From the NCBI RefSeq assembly GCF_018350175.1, contig NC_058382.1, positions 56,918,001-56,982,000 of the forward strand: 64,000 nt of DNA. The letters are read 5' to 3'. How positions within the stretch are numbered: the stretch's first letter is position 1; the number at the start of each line of letters is the position of its first letter. Below are positions 48,751 through 62,112 of this stretch, one piece after another. The translations under genes and the position numbers were made by a program. A model generated the notes under the pieces. It saw only the letters and a list, made by a program, of their open reading frames with translations, did no database searches and was not told the DNA's origin. Origin of the DNA: Felis catus (lineage: Eukaryota).

Positions 48751-51189
48751 TTTGTGGGAAGTCTGTTGGGGACTGAACCCTGAGCCCTGTTTATTCAGAA
48801 GGCATCAGTGGCCTACAAACCTGTCTAGAACATGCAGGCCTATTGGAGACCTGGAAGAAAATGGTATCGACCCCCAAATCCAGAAGGGAAATTGCAAAGA
48901 CCAGCCTGTGTTTATATAAATACCTACAAAATATATCATTATGCCGCCTTTATTAATGGTTACAAGTGAGCATTCACAGGATGTCACGGCGTTTGCAAGT
49001 AAGTGGCAGGCTTTGTTTTCTCGCGTCACAGGAGTTCCCAAGGATTCAGGATAACCACTGAGCCCACCTGGCCACCGTTAGCTGAGCCACTAACAGTGAA
49101 ATAAATCAGGAAGGCTTCTGTGGTGAGGAGCAGCGACCCCCCCCCCCCCCATGCTCTGACAGATGTCGTGTGTTTCTCTCACATAACAAGAATTCCCGGA
49201 CAGGGAGAGAGGCGCAGTTCTCACATACCCATTCCTCAACCAAATATTGGTAAAGAGAATGAGATTGGTTACATTCAGGTAACAAAATGCTCTGTGCCCG
49301 CCTGCCTTGTAAACCCTTTATGATATGAACTCAGTCCTCTTACAGCCCTATAAGCTGGGTGTAATTACGATCCACGTTTCACAGATGAGGAAACTGGCCC
49401 AGAGAGGCTGGGTTACTTGGTCAAGGTTGCACAGCTTTGTAAGTGGAAAAGCTGAGATTTTAGCCCAAGTCACCGGGCTCCAGAATTTACCTCCACACTC
49501 CTCTGCCCTTCACTGCCCTTGGATGATGCAGAAGCATGCTGGAGCCACAGGTAGGAACAGCTTCTCCGGAGGGCAGAGGGGGGATGGTGACTGGTTTGAG
49601 GACGGGGTAGACGCTGGAATGAAATCCAAATGCCATAAGGAAAGAGACCAGGGATGGATGCCGAGTCGGTCCCAATGACAGCCCGTCTTTGGTCCCTCCT
49701 CCCTCCCCTCTTCCTCCCTCCTGCCCTGTCTCCTTCCTCCCCTGGGGACATGCTGGCATGAAGCGGAGGACTGAAAAGCCAATAATTGCTCTTTCCCACC
49801 TTGGTGACCCTCAGCACCCCTTCTGCCCTTTCTCTTCACCCCCCACTTCTCGCTCTTTGACTTGCGTCATCAGGTGACTTTGGCAATGTCAGCCATAAGT
49901 GGATTATGAGAAGCAAATCTTTTGTTTAAACAGAAATTCTAATTTTCTGAAAGGCGGTGAATAAATAGTCCGGAATGCATTAGAGATCAGCAGATCTTGT
50001 TTGCGTAAAAGCGTGCTTCAGTTTCTTTATATAAGCAGAAAATAGCAGCTCTCAGTCCTTACCAGAAGCTTCTCTGTGTCAAAGGGTTGGTCTCGCCATT
50101 TCAATTTGCGTTGCTCAGAAGATGCTGAAGGTGCCTGCTCTGGTGCGAAGCCACATCTCATGGCCCGGGTGGGTCACAGGCTTGCCCCCCTCCGCTGGGC
50201 ACTGAGCAGCTCTTCCCCGGCTTTCTACTGCTATAGTCCAATCCCTTCAAACAGATGCATTTTCCGGGGGGGGGGGGGGGGATGAATTATAAACTGCCTT
50301 TACCCAGGAGGGGAAACGCCCATGGCCTGGAATCCAGGAGGGCTGAGGCCAGGCCTGGGAAAGCCCTCCGTGGTTGTCTGGGTTTCGATGCTGTCAAAGG
50401 CAGTACGTTCTTTCCAGCACCTCTCACGAGAGGCTCCAGCAACTTCTTAAGCCACAGGCCAGGGAGGGTCGTCAGTGAGATGCCTCAGAGTGGGTATCTC
50501 AGAGGCCACCACGACCACGTAAGCAAGAGAGGGGAGTTTATTATAAAGGGGCAGGCGGGTCTCCCGGCAGCAAGGGCAAGCAGCGATCCCGTTACAGAGC
50601 TGTGTGGCCTGTCACCCCAAACCTAGTGGCTTAACAGGACCATTTTGTTAACGTGCCCAGATTCTGTGGGAATTTGGACAGGGCACATTGGAAAGGATGT
50701 GTCTTCATGTCCTGGCCTCTGCTGTGATGGAGGCTGGAGGCAGCATCTGGTGGTGGGGAGGACCTCACAGGGACCGTCAGAGGGGCACTTACACGTGGCT
50801 TCTCCCCGTGGCCTTGGTGTCCGTGAGGAGGTGCCCCGCAGACCTCCACCTGCAGGGAAGGTGACGGCCCCACAGCCCCAGCTCCTGAAATTCATTACAG
50901 CGATTCAGCACTTCTGTACATTACGCGGCACCCATCCTGACAGGTGTGCTTTAATCCCCATCACCCACTGCACCTGTCCCCCCACCTGCCTCCCCTCTGG
51001 TAACCACCAGTTTGTTCTCTGTAGTCAAGAGTCTGTTTCCTGGTTTGTCTCTTTTTTTTTTCTTTGTTTTCTTTTTTAAATTCCACCTATGTGTGAAACC
51101 GTATGGTATGTGTCCTTCTCTGATTTGTTTCACGTAGCGTAATATCCTCCAGGTCCATCCACGTTGCTACAAATGGCAAGATTCCATTC

Positions 51190-51373
51190 TTTTTTTTTTA
51201 ATGTTTATTTATATTTAAGAAGGGGGGGGGGGGCTGGGCAGAGAGAATCCCAAGCAGGCTCCACGCTGTCAGTGCAGAGCCCAATGGGGGGCTCAAACCC
51301 ATGAACTGTGAGATCGTGACCTGAGCCAAAATTAAGAGTTGGGTGCTTAACCCACCGAGCCGCCCAGGCGCCC
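51190..51373 (-). mobile_element. SINEC inside L1
   Basis: TSD aagattccattcttt / aagatttcatccttt. Confidence 0.9.
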
Positions 51374-52034
51374 TAAGATTTCATCCTTTTTTGTGGCTGA
51401 GTAATATTCCACTGTACACCTACCACATCTTTAGCTGTTCATCTGTCGACGGACACTTGGGCTGCTTCCATAGGTTGACTATTGTAGATTATGCTGCTGT
51501 AAACACAACAGGGCATGTATCTTTTTGAATTAGCGTTTTCAGATTCTTTGGATATCTACCCAGCAGTGAAATTATCATATGGCAGTTCTGTTTTGAATTT
51601 TTTGAGGACGCTTCATACTGTTTTCCACAGTGGCTGCAACGTTTTCTCACCAGCAGTGCACCAGGGGTCCTTTTTCTGCGCATCCTCGCCAAAACGTGTT
51701 GTTTCTTGTGTTGTGGATTTTAGCCATTCTGACAGGGGTGAGGTGACCTCTCATTGTGGTTTTGATTTGCATTCCCCTGACGATGAGTGACATTGAGCAT
51801 CTTTTCGTGTGTCTGTTGGCCGTCCGTATGTCTTTGGACATAAATCTGTTCATGTCTTCTGCCCATTTTTAATTGGATTATTTGCTTTTTGAGTGTTGAG
51901 TAGAATCAGTTCTTTATTTTGAATACTCACCCTTTGTTGGATATTTGCAACTATCTTTGCAAATATTTGCAAATATCTTCTCTCATTCAGTAGGTTGTCT
52001 TTTAGTTTTATTGTTTCCTTCACTGTGCAGAAGC

Positions 52035-52257
52035 TTTTTTATTTTATTTTATTTTATTAATATTTATTTATTTTTGAGACACAGACAGAGCATGAACGGG
52101 GGAGGGTCAGAGAGAGAGGGAGACACAGAATCGGAAGCAGGCTCCAGGCTCCGAGCCGTCAGCACAGAGCCCGACGCGGGGCTCGAACTCACGGACCGCG
52201 AGATCATGACCTGAGCCAAAGTTGGCCGCTCAACCGACTGAGCCACCCAGGCGCCCC
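52035..52257 (-). mobile_element. SINEC_Fc inside L1
   Basis: TSD agaagcttttt on both sides. Confidence 0.95.
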
Positions 52258-52719
52258 AGAAGCTTTTTGTTTTTACTCTAGTCCCAATGGTTTATTTTTG
52301 TCTCCCCTTTCCTCAGTAGACATATCTAGACGTTGCTACAGCCGATGTCAGAGAAACTACTCCCTGTGCGCTCTTCTAGGATTCTTATGGTTTCAGGTCT
52401 CACATTTAAGTTTTTCACTCATTTTGGGTTTATTTGTGTGTGTGGTGTAAGAAAGTGGTCTGTCCAGTTTCATTCTTCTGCACGTGGCTGCCCGGTGCTC
52501 CAACACCCATTTCTTGCAGCGACTGCCTTTTCCCGTTGCGTATTCTTTCCTTCTTCGTCAAAGATCAATTGACTGTATCATTGTGGGTGTATTTCTGGGC
52601 TCTCTCTTCTGTTCCTTAGATCTCTGTGTCTATTTTTGTGTCGGTTCCATACTATTTTGGTTACTATAGCTTGGTAGTATATCTTGAAATCTGGGATTGT
52701 TATGCTTCCAGTTTTGTTC

Positions 52720-52956
52720 TTTTTTTTTTCTTTTTTTTAATTTTTAAAATTTTTTTTTAGAGAGAACAAGTGGGGGAGAGGGGCAGAGGGAGAGAGAGGG
52801 AGGGAGGGAGAGAGACAGAGAAAGAGAGAGAATCCCAAGCAGGCCCCACACTCAGCCTGGAGCCAGACATGGGGCTCAATCCCATGACCCTGGGATCATG
52901 ACCTGAACCGAAATCAAGTGTCAGACCCTCAACCAGCTGAGCCACCCAGGAGCCCC
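52720..52956 (-). mobile_element. SINEC inside L1
   Basis: Reverse-complement SINE body; TSD tgttctt. Confidence 0.9.
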
Positions 52957-53502
52957 TGTTCTTCTTTTCCAAGATTTCTTTGGCTATTTGGGGTGTTTTG
53001 TGGCGCTACACAAATTTTAGGACTATTAGTTCTAGTTCTGTGAAAAATGCTGGTATTTTGATAGGGATTGCACTGAATCTGTACGTTAGTTTGGGTAAGG
53101 TGGACATTTTAACAATACTCTTTCTTCTAATCCACGAACGTGGAATATCTTTCCATTTGTGTTGTCTTCAATTTCTTTCATCAGTGTTGTATGGTTTTTA
53201 GAGTATAAGTCTTTCACCTCTTTGGTTAAGTGTATTCCCAGGTTTTTTGTTATTTTCAGTGCAATCAAGAATAAATAAAAATAATAAATGGGATCAATTT
53301 CTTAATTTCTCTTTCTGGTACTTCATCATTGCCATTGAGAGGTTTTAAGCTGAGAAGGAGCATGTTAGGATTTGTGTGTTTTTTATAATCTCCCTGAGTG
53401 GAGGAAGCAAGGGCAGTGTAAACATTAGGTGCTCTCCTACAAGTAATGGAAATCCCAGACTCCAGGCGCCCCAGGACACTTTTTCATTTTAAGTGTGAAC
53501 CT

Positions 53503-53720
53503 GGGGGGGAATCTGGGTGGCTCAGTCAGTTAAGCATCTGACTGTTGATCTTAGCTCAGGTCATGATCTCATGGTTCAAGGGATCGAGCCCCATGTCTAA
53601 GCTGTCAGCCCAGAGCCTACTTGGGATTCTCTCTCTCCCTCTTTCTCTCTCTCTCTCTGCCCCTTCCCCACACATGCTCACCCACTCTCAAATAAATAAT
53701 CTTCAAAAATAATAAAAATA
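53503..53720 (+). mobile_element. SINEC
   Basis: ctgggtggctcagtcagttaagc head. Confidence 0.9.
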
Positions 53721-54574
53721 AGTGGGAGCCTTCAGAGAGGGTTATCCACATTCTCTATTAGTAACATAATATGAAATCCCCCAAGAATAATGACCCCATT
53801 TTCCGGGAGTATTTTCTATCCCCACCGATGACTTCACCACATGTTCCAGTCCTGAGAACTTAGAATCCGTTCAGCCCAATTTGGAGGGGGAAAAAGACTG
53901 CTTTCAACCAATTCCCTGTTTAATAAAATTATGCCGCTTAAGATTTCAACTTGATTAAATTTAAAAATATAAATGTCTGGGTAGAAAGTCCAACATAATG
54001 GCTTTTATTAAAGCATCTCTGGTCAAAAGCCCAGTTCAGATATCATGTGGTTTCAAGTCTGCTTTTTCCTGCTGACTCATACTTTCTATAAACAGCTTCG
54101 GAGACGATAAAGCCTGCATTTGTCAACAGGGATGCTCCCGTCCTATCTTGATGAATACAAGGGATAGAGCATTATCACATTTACTCTGCTCAGAAGGAAA
54201 GGTGGCCTGCCAATTTGTGTTATTACCCCAAAAGGAATTCTGTAATGGATAAGCCCTAGACAAATCATGGATTCCCTGTTCATAGATGCTCTAGCCTTAT
54301 AAGTACTTTGAAATTGCTCTGAGCTGTTGATATCCTTCTGAGCCATACACTTTGCTATAAACCTTAAACTTCATTTGCAGGCAATTTAACCTTCAATTTA
54401 TCCACAAACTTTTAAAGAAAACTGGGCAATTTCCCAAAGCAAATTACTCCTGAAATGTGAAATAGTGGCTCACAAGCACGACCACTTTAAAATTGGCGAG
54501 ACTGCCCTGAAAATTAAGACAGTTTACATTCAAACTAACTGAACAATGATTGATCAGGACTTTGGTTGGGGTTT

Positions 54575-54575
<1 letters not shown>

Positions 54576-54612
<37 letters not shown>

Positions 54613-54613
54613 G
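54576..54613. repeat. (GTT)n microsatellite
   Basis: Direct reading. Confidence 0.95.
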
Positions 54614-54654
54614 GGCTTTTTTTTTTGTTTCTTCGCCTTTCCGATTGTTAAATA

Positions 54655-54837
54655 TTTTTTAAGTGTTTATTTCTTTTGAGAGGGGGGAGGGGCAGGGAGA
54701 GAGAGACTCCCAAGCAGGCTCCACGCCGTCAGCGCTGAGCCAACGCGGGGCTCGATACCACAAACCATGAGGCCGTGACCTGAGCCGAAATCAAGAGTTG
54801 GGCACTAAACCAGCTGAGCCCTCCCCCCGGGTGCCCC
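54655..54837 (-). mobile_element. SINEC
   Basis: TSD gattRttaaatattt on both sides. Confidence 0.9.
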
Positions 54838-55644
54838 TCAGATTATTAAATATTTAAATGGTTGATGATACCTCCTGATGGCAAAGGAGTAACTGCTCTC
54901 GTAAAAGCCAATGAGATGCAAATTGCTACAGCCTTATCAGGAGGTATTTGCGGCAGTCACTGTGAACATGTTAACACAACGGTTATCACACTGCAGAAAC
55001 CTTACCCACGGGCAGAGACACAGCAGAGATGTTCCTGGTAGACTTGGTTCCAGCAGGAGTTCACATTTCAGTGAACAATCGTACACGTGCCTTCAAAAAG
55101 GATGGGCTAGGCCAATTGACACTGATGATGATCATCACTTATCAAGACATGTTGTGGCGGGGAGAACGTGGTAAGAGACGAATCAAGCTGGAACTCATGT
55201 TAGAGAATGCTCCCCCCCCCCCCACCAAAGTAATTTTCTGTCTGGGTGCGTATGTAGGCAGCTTCTTGGGGAGGGTCTGCCCCTGTAGAGTCAACACGTG
55301 AATAATTGGGCTCACACACATTGCCAGTATTCTCTCCTATTTGGCATCAGCCTTTTGACTTTCGTTGATGGATTCTTCAAAAACACATCTAGACTTTCGT
55401 GTTTCATTTATTCAGTACCTATCAGTCCTAGGACCCACGAGTTATAGAACCTCTTTGTGTTTCTGTTTATTGGTGTTAAAAATGGGGCTCCTACTATTAT
55501 GCTATGAGGTCGTGGTGAGGATTAAATATCTTGATACTTGGAACTCGTTTAGGACAGTGCCTGCACAAATGTGAGGTCTTATTACGAATGGTTGTTATTT
55601 GACTCTGAGCTATGTGAGGGCAGGAACCCCATCCTTTGTATTCA

Positions 55645-56155
55645 CTGTGGTGAATTGCAAATTATGGCCTCAGATTTCTCTCATCCCAGTATTGGTCCCT
55701 GGGCAATGGGATTTTGCCACCCCTCCCACCCAGATATGGGGTCCTAGCTCCCCTCCCCTTGAATCTGGGTTGGCCCCGTGACTTGCTTTGACCAATAAAG
55801 GCAACAGAACTGATATCCTACCATCTCTGAGGCTAAGCCTAAGAGTGCGTACAGTTTCCACCTTCATTCTTGTGAAATGCTGCCCTCTATGGAAACTAGC
55901 CTAATATAATCTCAGCCTGGAGGAGAGCTGAGGCACCCCACCAATGCCCAGCACCAGCCACTATGTTTGTGAGGCCGTGTTAGGACTTCCAGCCCAGCTG
56001 ACCCTCTAACCATGTGCCCTCGTGAGACCAGCAGAGAAGAATTCCTAGGTGACCCACAGAGTCATCAGTAATAAAATATCACTGTTGTTTCAAACTAAGT
56101 GTGAATACTAAGTATTGGGGTGACCCCTTACTTAGCAAGCACTAACTGATACATC
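55645..56155 (+). mobile_element. MLT1 (F/H-type) LTR inserted in an L2 relic
   Basis: cctccccttgaatctggg...gtgacttgctttgaccaata. Flanks read gagggcaggaac and gcctagcacaggg...ctcgataaatatttg...gaatgaatg (L2 3' end). Confidence 0.7.
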
Positions 56156-57437
56156 CATCATTGCTTCTGTCATGCCTAGCACAGGGCTGGCCCTAGTGAA
56201 TGCTCGATAAATATTTGCCAAATGCATGAGTGAGTCCATGAACAGAAGAAACAATGAATGAATGAATGAATGAATGAATGAACAAATGGAGAGGAATGTG
56301 AGAGATGCAACCCTTTTGTTCTGTTGGACGATTCATTCCACAGAACAGGAGGACCAAGTGACAACATCCACGATCGCTTTAATTGCTGAGTTCAGAGTCT
56401 GTGTGCCTAGAAAGGGAAATGTGATCAGACATAACCTTCCAGTCACGTCAGACCAACTTCGCACGTCCCCTCTGTGGATTATAGAAGGACACCCAAATTT
56501 CAGATGCGAGTACCTGGACTGTCTTAAAAACCAGACCGTCCATTAATATATTTCAGGAAATTATGCTCAAGCTGGTTATCTTAGTTATTAGTAGGGTCGA
56601 TGTTTCTTCTCTCAACCACAGATAAAAAAAAAGTGCCATGTGGGAACGCTGACAGTGATTTGGACTCCGTGGAGTGCTTTAGTTTATCTTTATCGTGTAC
56701 AACAGAAATCTTAATTTTCCACTTGTATTAAGTTTTTCTTGCTCCTGAGGCAAAACCAGAAGGCAAAAAAATCTTCAAAGCCATTGAACCGTGTTTGCAT
56801 CTTCATGTTGGATTTCAGTTTTTAAGACAGAGTTGAGAAGACAAAACAGATTAATTAATTCAGGTGTCACAATTGTAATTATCTAATTGGCTTTATTCCC
56901 CAGACTTTCAGTATTTTTAATTCAGCCAGTAGTTAAGTTTTGAATATTTCTATGGCATAAACATTTGTTAATCAACTACCATAAAATGTAGTTTTCTTTT
57001 TAAAAAATGATTTCCTGGGGCTGGCAGGGAGGGAAGTAGGAAGAAAAAAATAAATGGGCGAGCGTTCTCATTTTTCATGCCACAGAGTCAATAAATACTC
57101 TTGAGAGTTAAAACGTGGAGCCCGAGAGAAAGTCAGTCGCTTCAGCTTCTGTGATTTTCATAATCTTGTTTCTTAACTTTGAAGGGATAGTGAACTTGTT
57201 TCTCCTAATTGTGTGGGGGGGGATGTGTGTGCAGGCACGTGTGTGTGCCTGCGCGTGTGCACATGTGTGAGAGCGTGCACGTGTGTGCGCATGGCCAGTG
57301 ATGGGTAGTTTCTATGATTTCAGATTCTTTTATTGTTAAATCTAAGCAAAATCAAATGCTTTCTCATCGAATATAATATGTATAGTAAAATACTCTTGTT
57401 TTCAGCAAACCGTGTTACTGGGTTTACATCCATATTG

Positions 57438-57535
57438 CAGAGACCAGATACTGACCATGGTCCTGATTTGGGGAGGAGGGTGTAGATCACAGAGACCAGA
57501 CGCTGACCATGGTGCTGATTTGGGTAGGAGGGTGT
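57438..57535. repeat. 52-bp-period tandem duplication
   Basis: Two copies of cagagaccaga..ctgaccatggt.ctgatttggg.aggagggtgt; 4 mismatches in 46 bp. Confidence 0.9.
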
Positions 57536-57946
57536 GAGGGCGTTTTTTTCCTACGGCATTATTCTTTGCAACTATATACATTGTTCAATTTTTTTTAAAG
57601 CAGTAATCACGTATCATTTTATGAAAAGCTGTAAACTTATTATGTTTTTTAAAGCAAATAACCAAATATATCTTCCCTGGTTTCCTCCAAGTTAGACCTT
57701 TACCTCAAAACTTCTGGCTTTAGAAGCCTGCAGCAGAAATGGCGTCATGAGAAGCCATCAGCAGGTAGAGGATCCTGTGGGGCCTGAGAAGGAGCACTGG
57801 GGAGGGAGAGGAGAGGGACTGAGACACTCTGAGCAGTGGGAGCATCTCTCCACCACAGGCAGGTTGGCCCCAGAAGACTAGAAGAGGCTGAGGAAAGAGC
57901 CCATACAGACCAGACCCTGCTACAGTAAAGGTGCAGAGGTCTCCAG

Positions 57947-58186
57947 GGGCACTTGGGTGGCTCAGTCGGTTAAGCGTCCAACTTCAGTTCAGGTCATGAT
58001 CTTGCAGTTCGTGGGTTCAAGCTCCGCATCGGGCTCTGTGCTGACAGCTCAGAGCCTGGAGCCTGTGTAGGATTCTGTGTCTCCCTCTCTGTGCCCCTCC
58101 CCCACTCACGCTGTGTCTCCTTCTGTCTCTCAAGAATAAATAAACATGAAAACATTTTTAATAAAAATCAAAAAAAATTTTTTTTA
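57947..58186 (+). mobile_element. SINEC_Fc
   Basis: ggggcacttgggtggctcagtcggttaag head. Confidence 0.93.
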
Positions 58187-58749
58187 AGGCACAAAGATTT
58201 CCAAGAAGGGGACCTTAGAGGCTCTCCTATCCTCGAGTATACTCTCTGGTGAACTCACATTTTGATTTCTTTGAATCACAGCGAGATAGAAATTCCAGAA
58301 CACTAGGTGCTAGAGACCTGTCACAGGATATCACGTTCCCAGTGTTCTTCTGTGTCACATGCAACATCCAGAAACATCTAGAGATGCTCTGGACCGCCTC
58401 CGGCCGTGTGTCTGAGAGTGGAGTCATGTGGCATCCTGCTGCCACTCTCGGGGGTCCAAGGTGGCTGCAGGAGGCCATCCCACATGCAGCCTGCAGCCCA
58501 GCCTCCCTTCCCGTGTGTCAGGCTGGCGAAGGGACGGGCTCCGTGCACGGGGCGGGGTGCGCCACGTTCTCCGGGGACACAGAGATCGGGGTCCCTTTCG
58601 AATTGTAGACCAGATGTACATCTTGCCTTCTCAAAAAGTAAGTGCTTTCAGTGCAGGCGAGCAGGATTCCTGAGCAGAAAGGTTTGGAGCGGAGAATTTG
58701 CAGATGTTCCTTTCCTCTCCCACAGGGCGGCTCTTTGGCCTGCTCGCTC

Positions 58750-59260
58750 ACTTGTGCAGCAAATATTCTCTGAGCAGTTCCTGTGCCTGGTATTGCTCTG
58801 GCCCTGGGGAAACAACTCCAAATCCCTGGTCCTCACAGCCCTTGCGCTCTGGGATCGGAGACAGACAAGCAAGCCTATACCAGGCAGGCAGGTGCTGATA
58901 CAAGATAGAGGGGAGATGGGGAGCACTGATAGGGAGTTGGGATGGACCTTGCTTGTTTTTTTTTTACATAGCGTTCACAAGAAAGTCCCTAAAGAGACAG
59001 TGACGTTTGAGCTGAGCTCTCAAAGAAATGGAGGAGCCAGCCATAGGGATACTGGGGGCAGGGGCAAGGGTTGTAGGCAGAGGGAACTGTGCGTGCAAAG
59101 GTCCTGTGGCAGAAGCAAAGCTGGTATGCTCCAGGAGAACAGGGAGGTCGGTGAAGAGGTCAGAGCCAGGGGAAGATGGGAGGAGATGAGACCAAGGAGG
59201 TAGGGCAGGGCCAAATGGAGTAGGGCTTAGCACAGCATGCTGCTGTAAGGACTAGGTCAG
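58750..59260 (-). mobile_element. L2 relic
   Basis: cagcaaatattctctgagc...gtgacgtttgagctgag...gcagagggaact..gtgcaaaggtcctg. Confidence 0.65.
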
Positions 59261-60356
59261 GCTGGTCAGTGCCCTGGCGTGGTGCTAATCCATAAATACA
59301 TACTGGATTTGAATTTCTAAGGCAGTGTCATCGTGTTAAGGGAAAATTCCCTTTAAACATTGTTTTTCCAGACTGTGAAAAGGAGGCATCGAATCATTTT
59401 TAAAATTTTCTGCTTCAATTATTAATGTTTTTAAACGTTTTCTCTTATTTAGTGATAAATTACCTTAAGAACAAAACCTATTTGGTCCGGGTGACTTTTC
59501 TTCTCTAATGAGTTGTTTTATGCTGGTTGGTAGGAATTTATCAAAGACTTTCGCATCTATCATTACAAGTGGTATTGATCTATAATATTTTTCAGAAATG
59601 ATTTTTTTCTTGGTTCTGGAATATTCCATTTGAAGAGTGTACCCTAATCATTTTAGTGAGTTTCTGGGATTGAATATTGGAGAAGCGTCTCCCTTCTTCT
59701 TCTCCTTCCCTCATTTTCCCCTTCCCTTCCCACCCTTCATGCACACACACACCCCGACACCAAGGGAAGGAGGTTAGGGCAGCTGGGTTCTGTTCTTATT
59801 GTCGGTTTGCCTCCCTGCTGCATCCTCTCTCCCAGGCCCAGCTCCGTGGGGCAGCCTGTCTGTGGATTGCCCTGTGGCTCCCTGCCCTTGCTGGCTTCCT
59901 CAGGCCTTGCCCCCATCTGGGTCACGTCCCCAGTGTGAGTGGACTGTTTCCTGCCAGGAGCTTGCCCAGTACTGCAGGCCTCTTCTAGCCTCACGTCATC
60001 ACCAACCTCCCCTGATAAGTCCAGGACCACCCGAGAGGCAGCCCCCTTCCAGGTCCTACACAGGAACCAGGGCAGAAGCTCTCCCCTCTCAGGTTCCCCA
60101 CAGCTCCCTAAAGAGGGTCTCCTCTGTGAAAACTAGCCACGAGAAACGTCACAAAAATGGAGTCGGGAGGTGGGCAGGGGAAGCTCTCACGGCCCCCTCT
60201 CATGCCACCACTCATAGTGAATTGCAGACCCAGATGGAAGAGAGGGACTTGACCTTGGAGTTGGATGCTACTCCACTACTCCAGAAGAGAGCTTTCCTCC
60301 CCCCTGGGCAACAGCTCCACCAACAAGAAGCCAGCACACTTGGAACTCCCATGGAC

Positions 60357-60380
60357 TTTTTTTTAAATGTATGTTTGTTT

Positions 60381-60451
<71 letters not shown>

Positions 60452-60654
60452 TTTTGAGAGAGAGAGAGAGAGAGCACGCGCGTGCAAGTGGGGGATGGGG
60501 GGGGCAGAGAGAGAGGGAGACACAGAATCCGAAGCAGGCGCCAGGCTCTGAGCTGTCGGCACAGAGCCCGAACAGGGGCTCGAACTCACGAACTAAGAGA
60601 TCATGATGTGAGCGGAAGTCAGGCACTCAACCGACTGAGCCACCCAGGCGCCCC
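60357..60654 (-). mobile_element. SINEC_Fc with an expanded (TTTA)n tail
   Basis: Reverse-complement SINE with a long tttatttatt tract. Confidence 0.95.
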
Positions 60655-61897
60655 GATTCCTGTCTTAAGAGGTGGGCTGTTTGGAGGAGAACACGTTAAA
60701 AGGGGGAGGTTAAAAGGAGTCAACCTAAATGTTGGCGGATGTATTTTTCCTTCACATGTGCCAGAGACTTGAGTGATCTTTCAGTCTTCACTAGCTAACC
60801 CCACTTCACAGTTCTAGAAATTGAGCCCCCCTCCCAGGCTGAGCCACTCCTCCAGGGTCACCTTGTGTCACCTGTGTGGCCTCACCCCCCTTCGAATCCC
60901 CTAACAGTTCAGTAAATTGGGAGAAGAGACGAAAGAATGTGGGAGAACCCTCTGCTCCCACCCTTACTGCTTTCCACTTGGCCGCTGGACGTCTGCGGCC
61001 CTCCGAATGCCTCAGGTTGAGGTGGAATGTCAGTTTTCACTTAGGGAAAATTTTTACGCTGCAGTCAAAAGCCATTTAAGAAATAAACGCCGGCAAGATG
61101 ATAATGGAAACGCTGGTAACCTTTAATGACAGCGGCTCTTGCAAAACGTACGTTCCGGAAGGGCCGGTGCCTGCTCCAAAAAGCTCTTGTTAAAATCCAA
61201 TCATCTTCCACAATGAGCATTAGCAGGAAATGCCTGCGATGAACAAAAACACGGGAAAGGTTAATGGCCTTCTTTGCTAAAACGGTTCGGGGTTTAATCT
61301 CACGTACCAACTCGTCCTCAGACGGTGCCTACGCTGAAGATTTTTTTTTTTTTTTCCTTTTTGGTAATCAGGAGACAAATTGATTACCAAAATTATAATT
61401 AAGAGGTAGGAAAAACTGCAACAATTTGCCTGCTTTATTTAGCACATATTTCAGGTTAATTGCGTGATTTTCCTAATGAAGATATTTGCATGAATATTTT
61501 CAGTGGCTACATTCAACCTATTGTGCAATGAAAACTCTGCCAAGTAGATACGACTTCCCTTTTTGTTGGATTCAGGATGGGACAGAGGCCGAAATGGCCA
61601 GTGGCGCCCAGAGAGACTGCCTCACTTCATGCGTCCCGAGATCCTAATTAGTAATTCATCAAACCACCCCACCCCACCCCCCACCCCCCCCGGCAGAATT
61701 CACACTGCTTACTTGTACGGCGGGATCCTGCTGTAATTTTGGAGAAGACCAGAAGATTCCAAAGATGCTGGGAAAACCACCTTTATTCACCACTCTTTGA
61801 AGAAATATATTAAAAAGAAGTATTTCACCCATGCCTGTCCAATCCTACCCCCGACAGAGAATCACAACTTATTCTCATTTAAAAAAAAAAAATGTTT

Positions 61898-62112
61898 GGG
61901 CGCCTGGGTGGCGCAGTCGGTTAAGCGTCCGACTTCAGCCAGGTCACGATCTCGCGGTCCGTGAGTTCAAGCCCCGCGTCAGGCTCTGGGCTGATGGCTC
62001 GGAGCCTGGAGCCTGTTTCCGATTCTGTGTCTCCCTCTCTCTCTGCCCCTCCCCCGCTCACGCTCTGTCTCTCTCTGTCCCAAAAAAAATAAATAAACGT
62101 TGAAAAAAAATT
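61898..62112 (+). mobile_element. Young SINEC_Fc inserted into the tail of a truncated opposite-strand SINE (about 62113-62181)
   Basis: TSD aaaaaaaaaatgttt on both sides; CpG-intact head gggcgcctgggtggcgcagtcgg. Confidence 0.93.

Larger units (their letters stand above)
50890..53330 (-). mobile_element. L1 (carnivore L1) ORF2 3' half plus 3' UTR, interrupted by three SINEs
   Basis: Minus-strand ORF fragments such as [40 protein letters not shown] and [28 protein letters not shown]. Confidence 0.9.
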
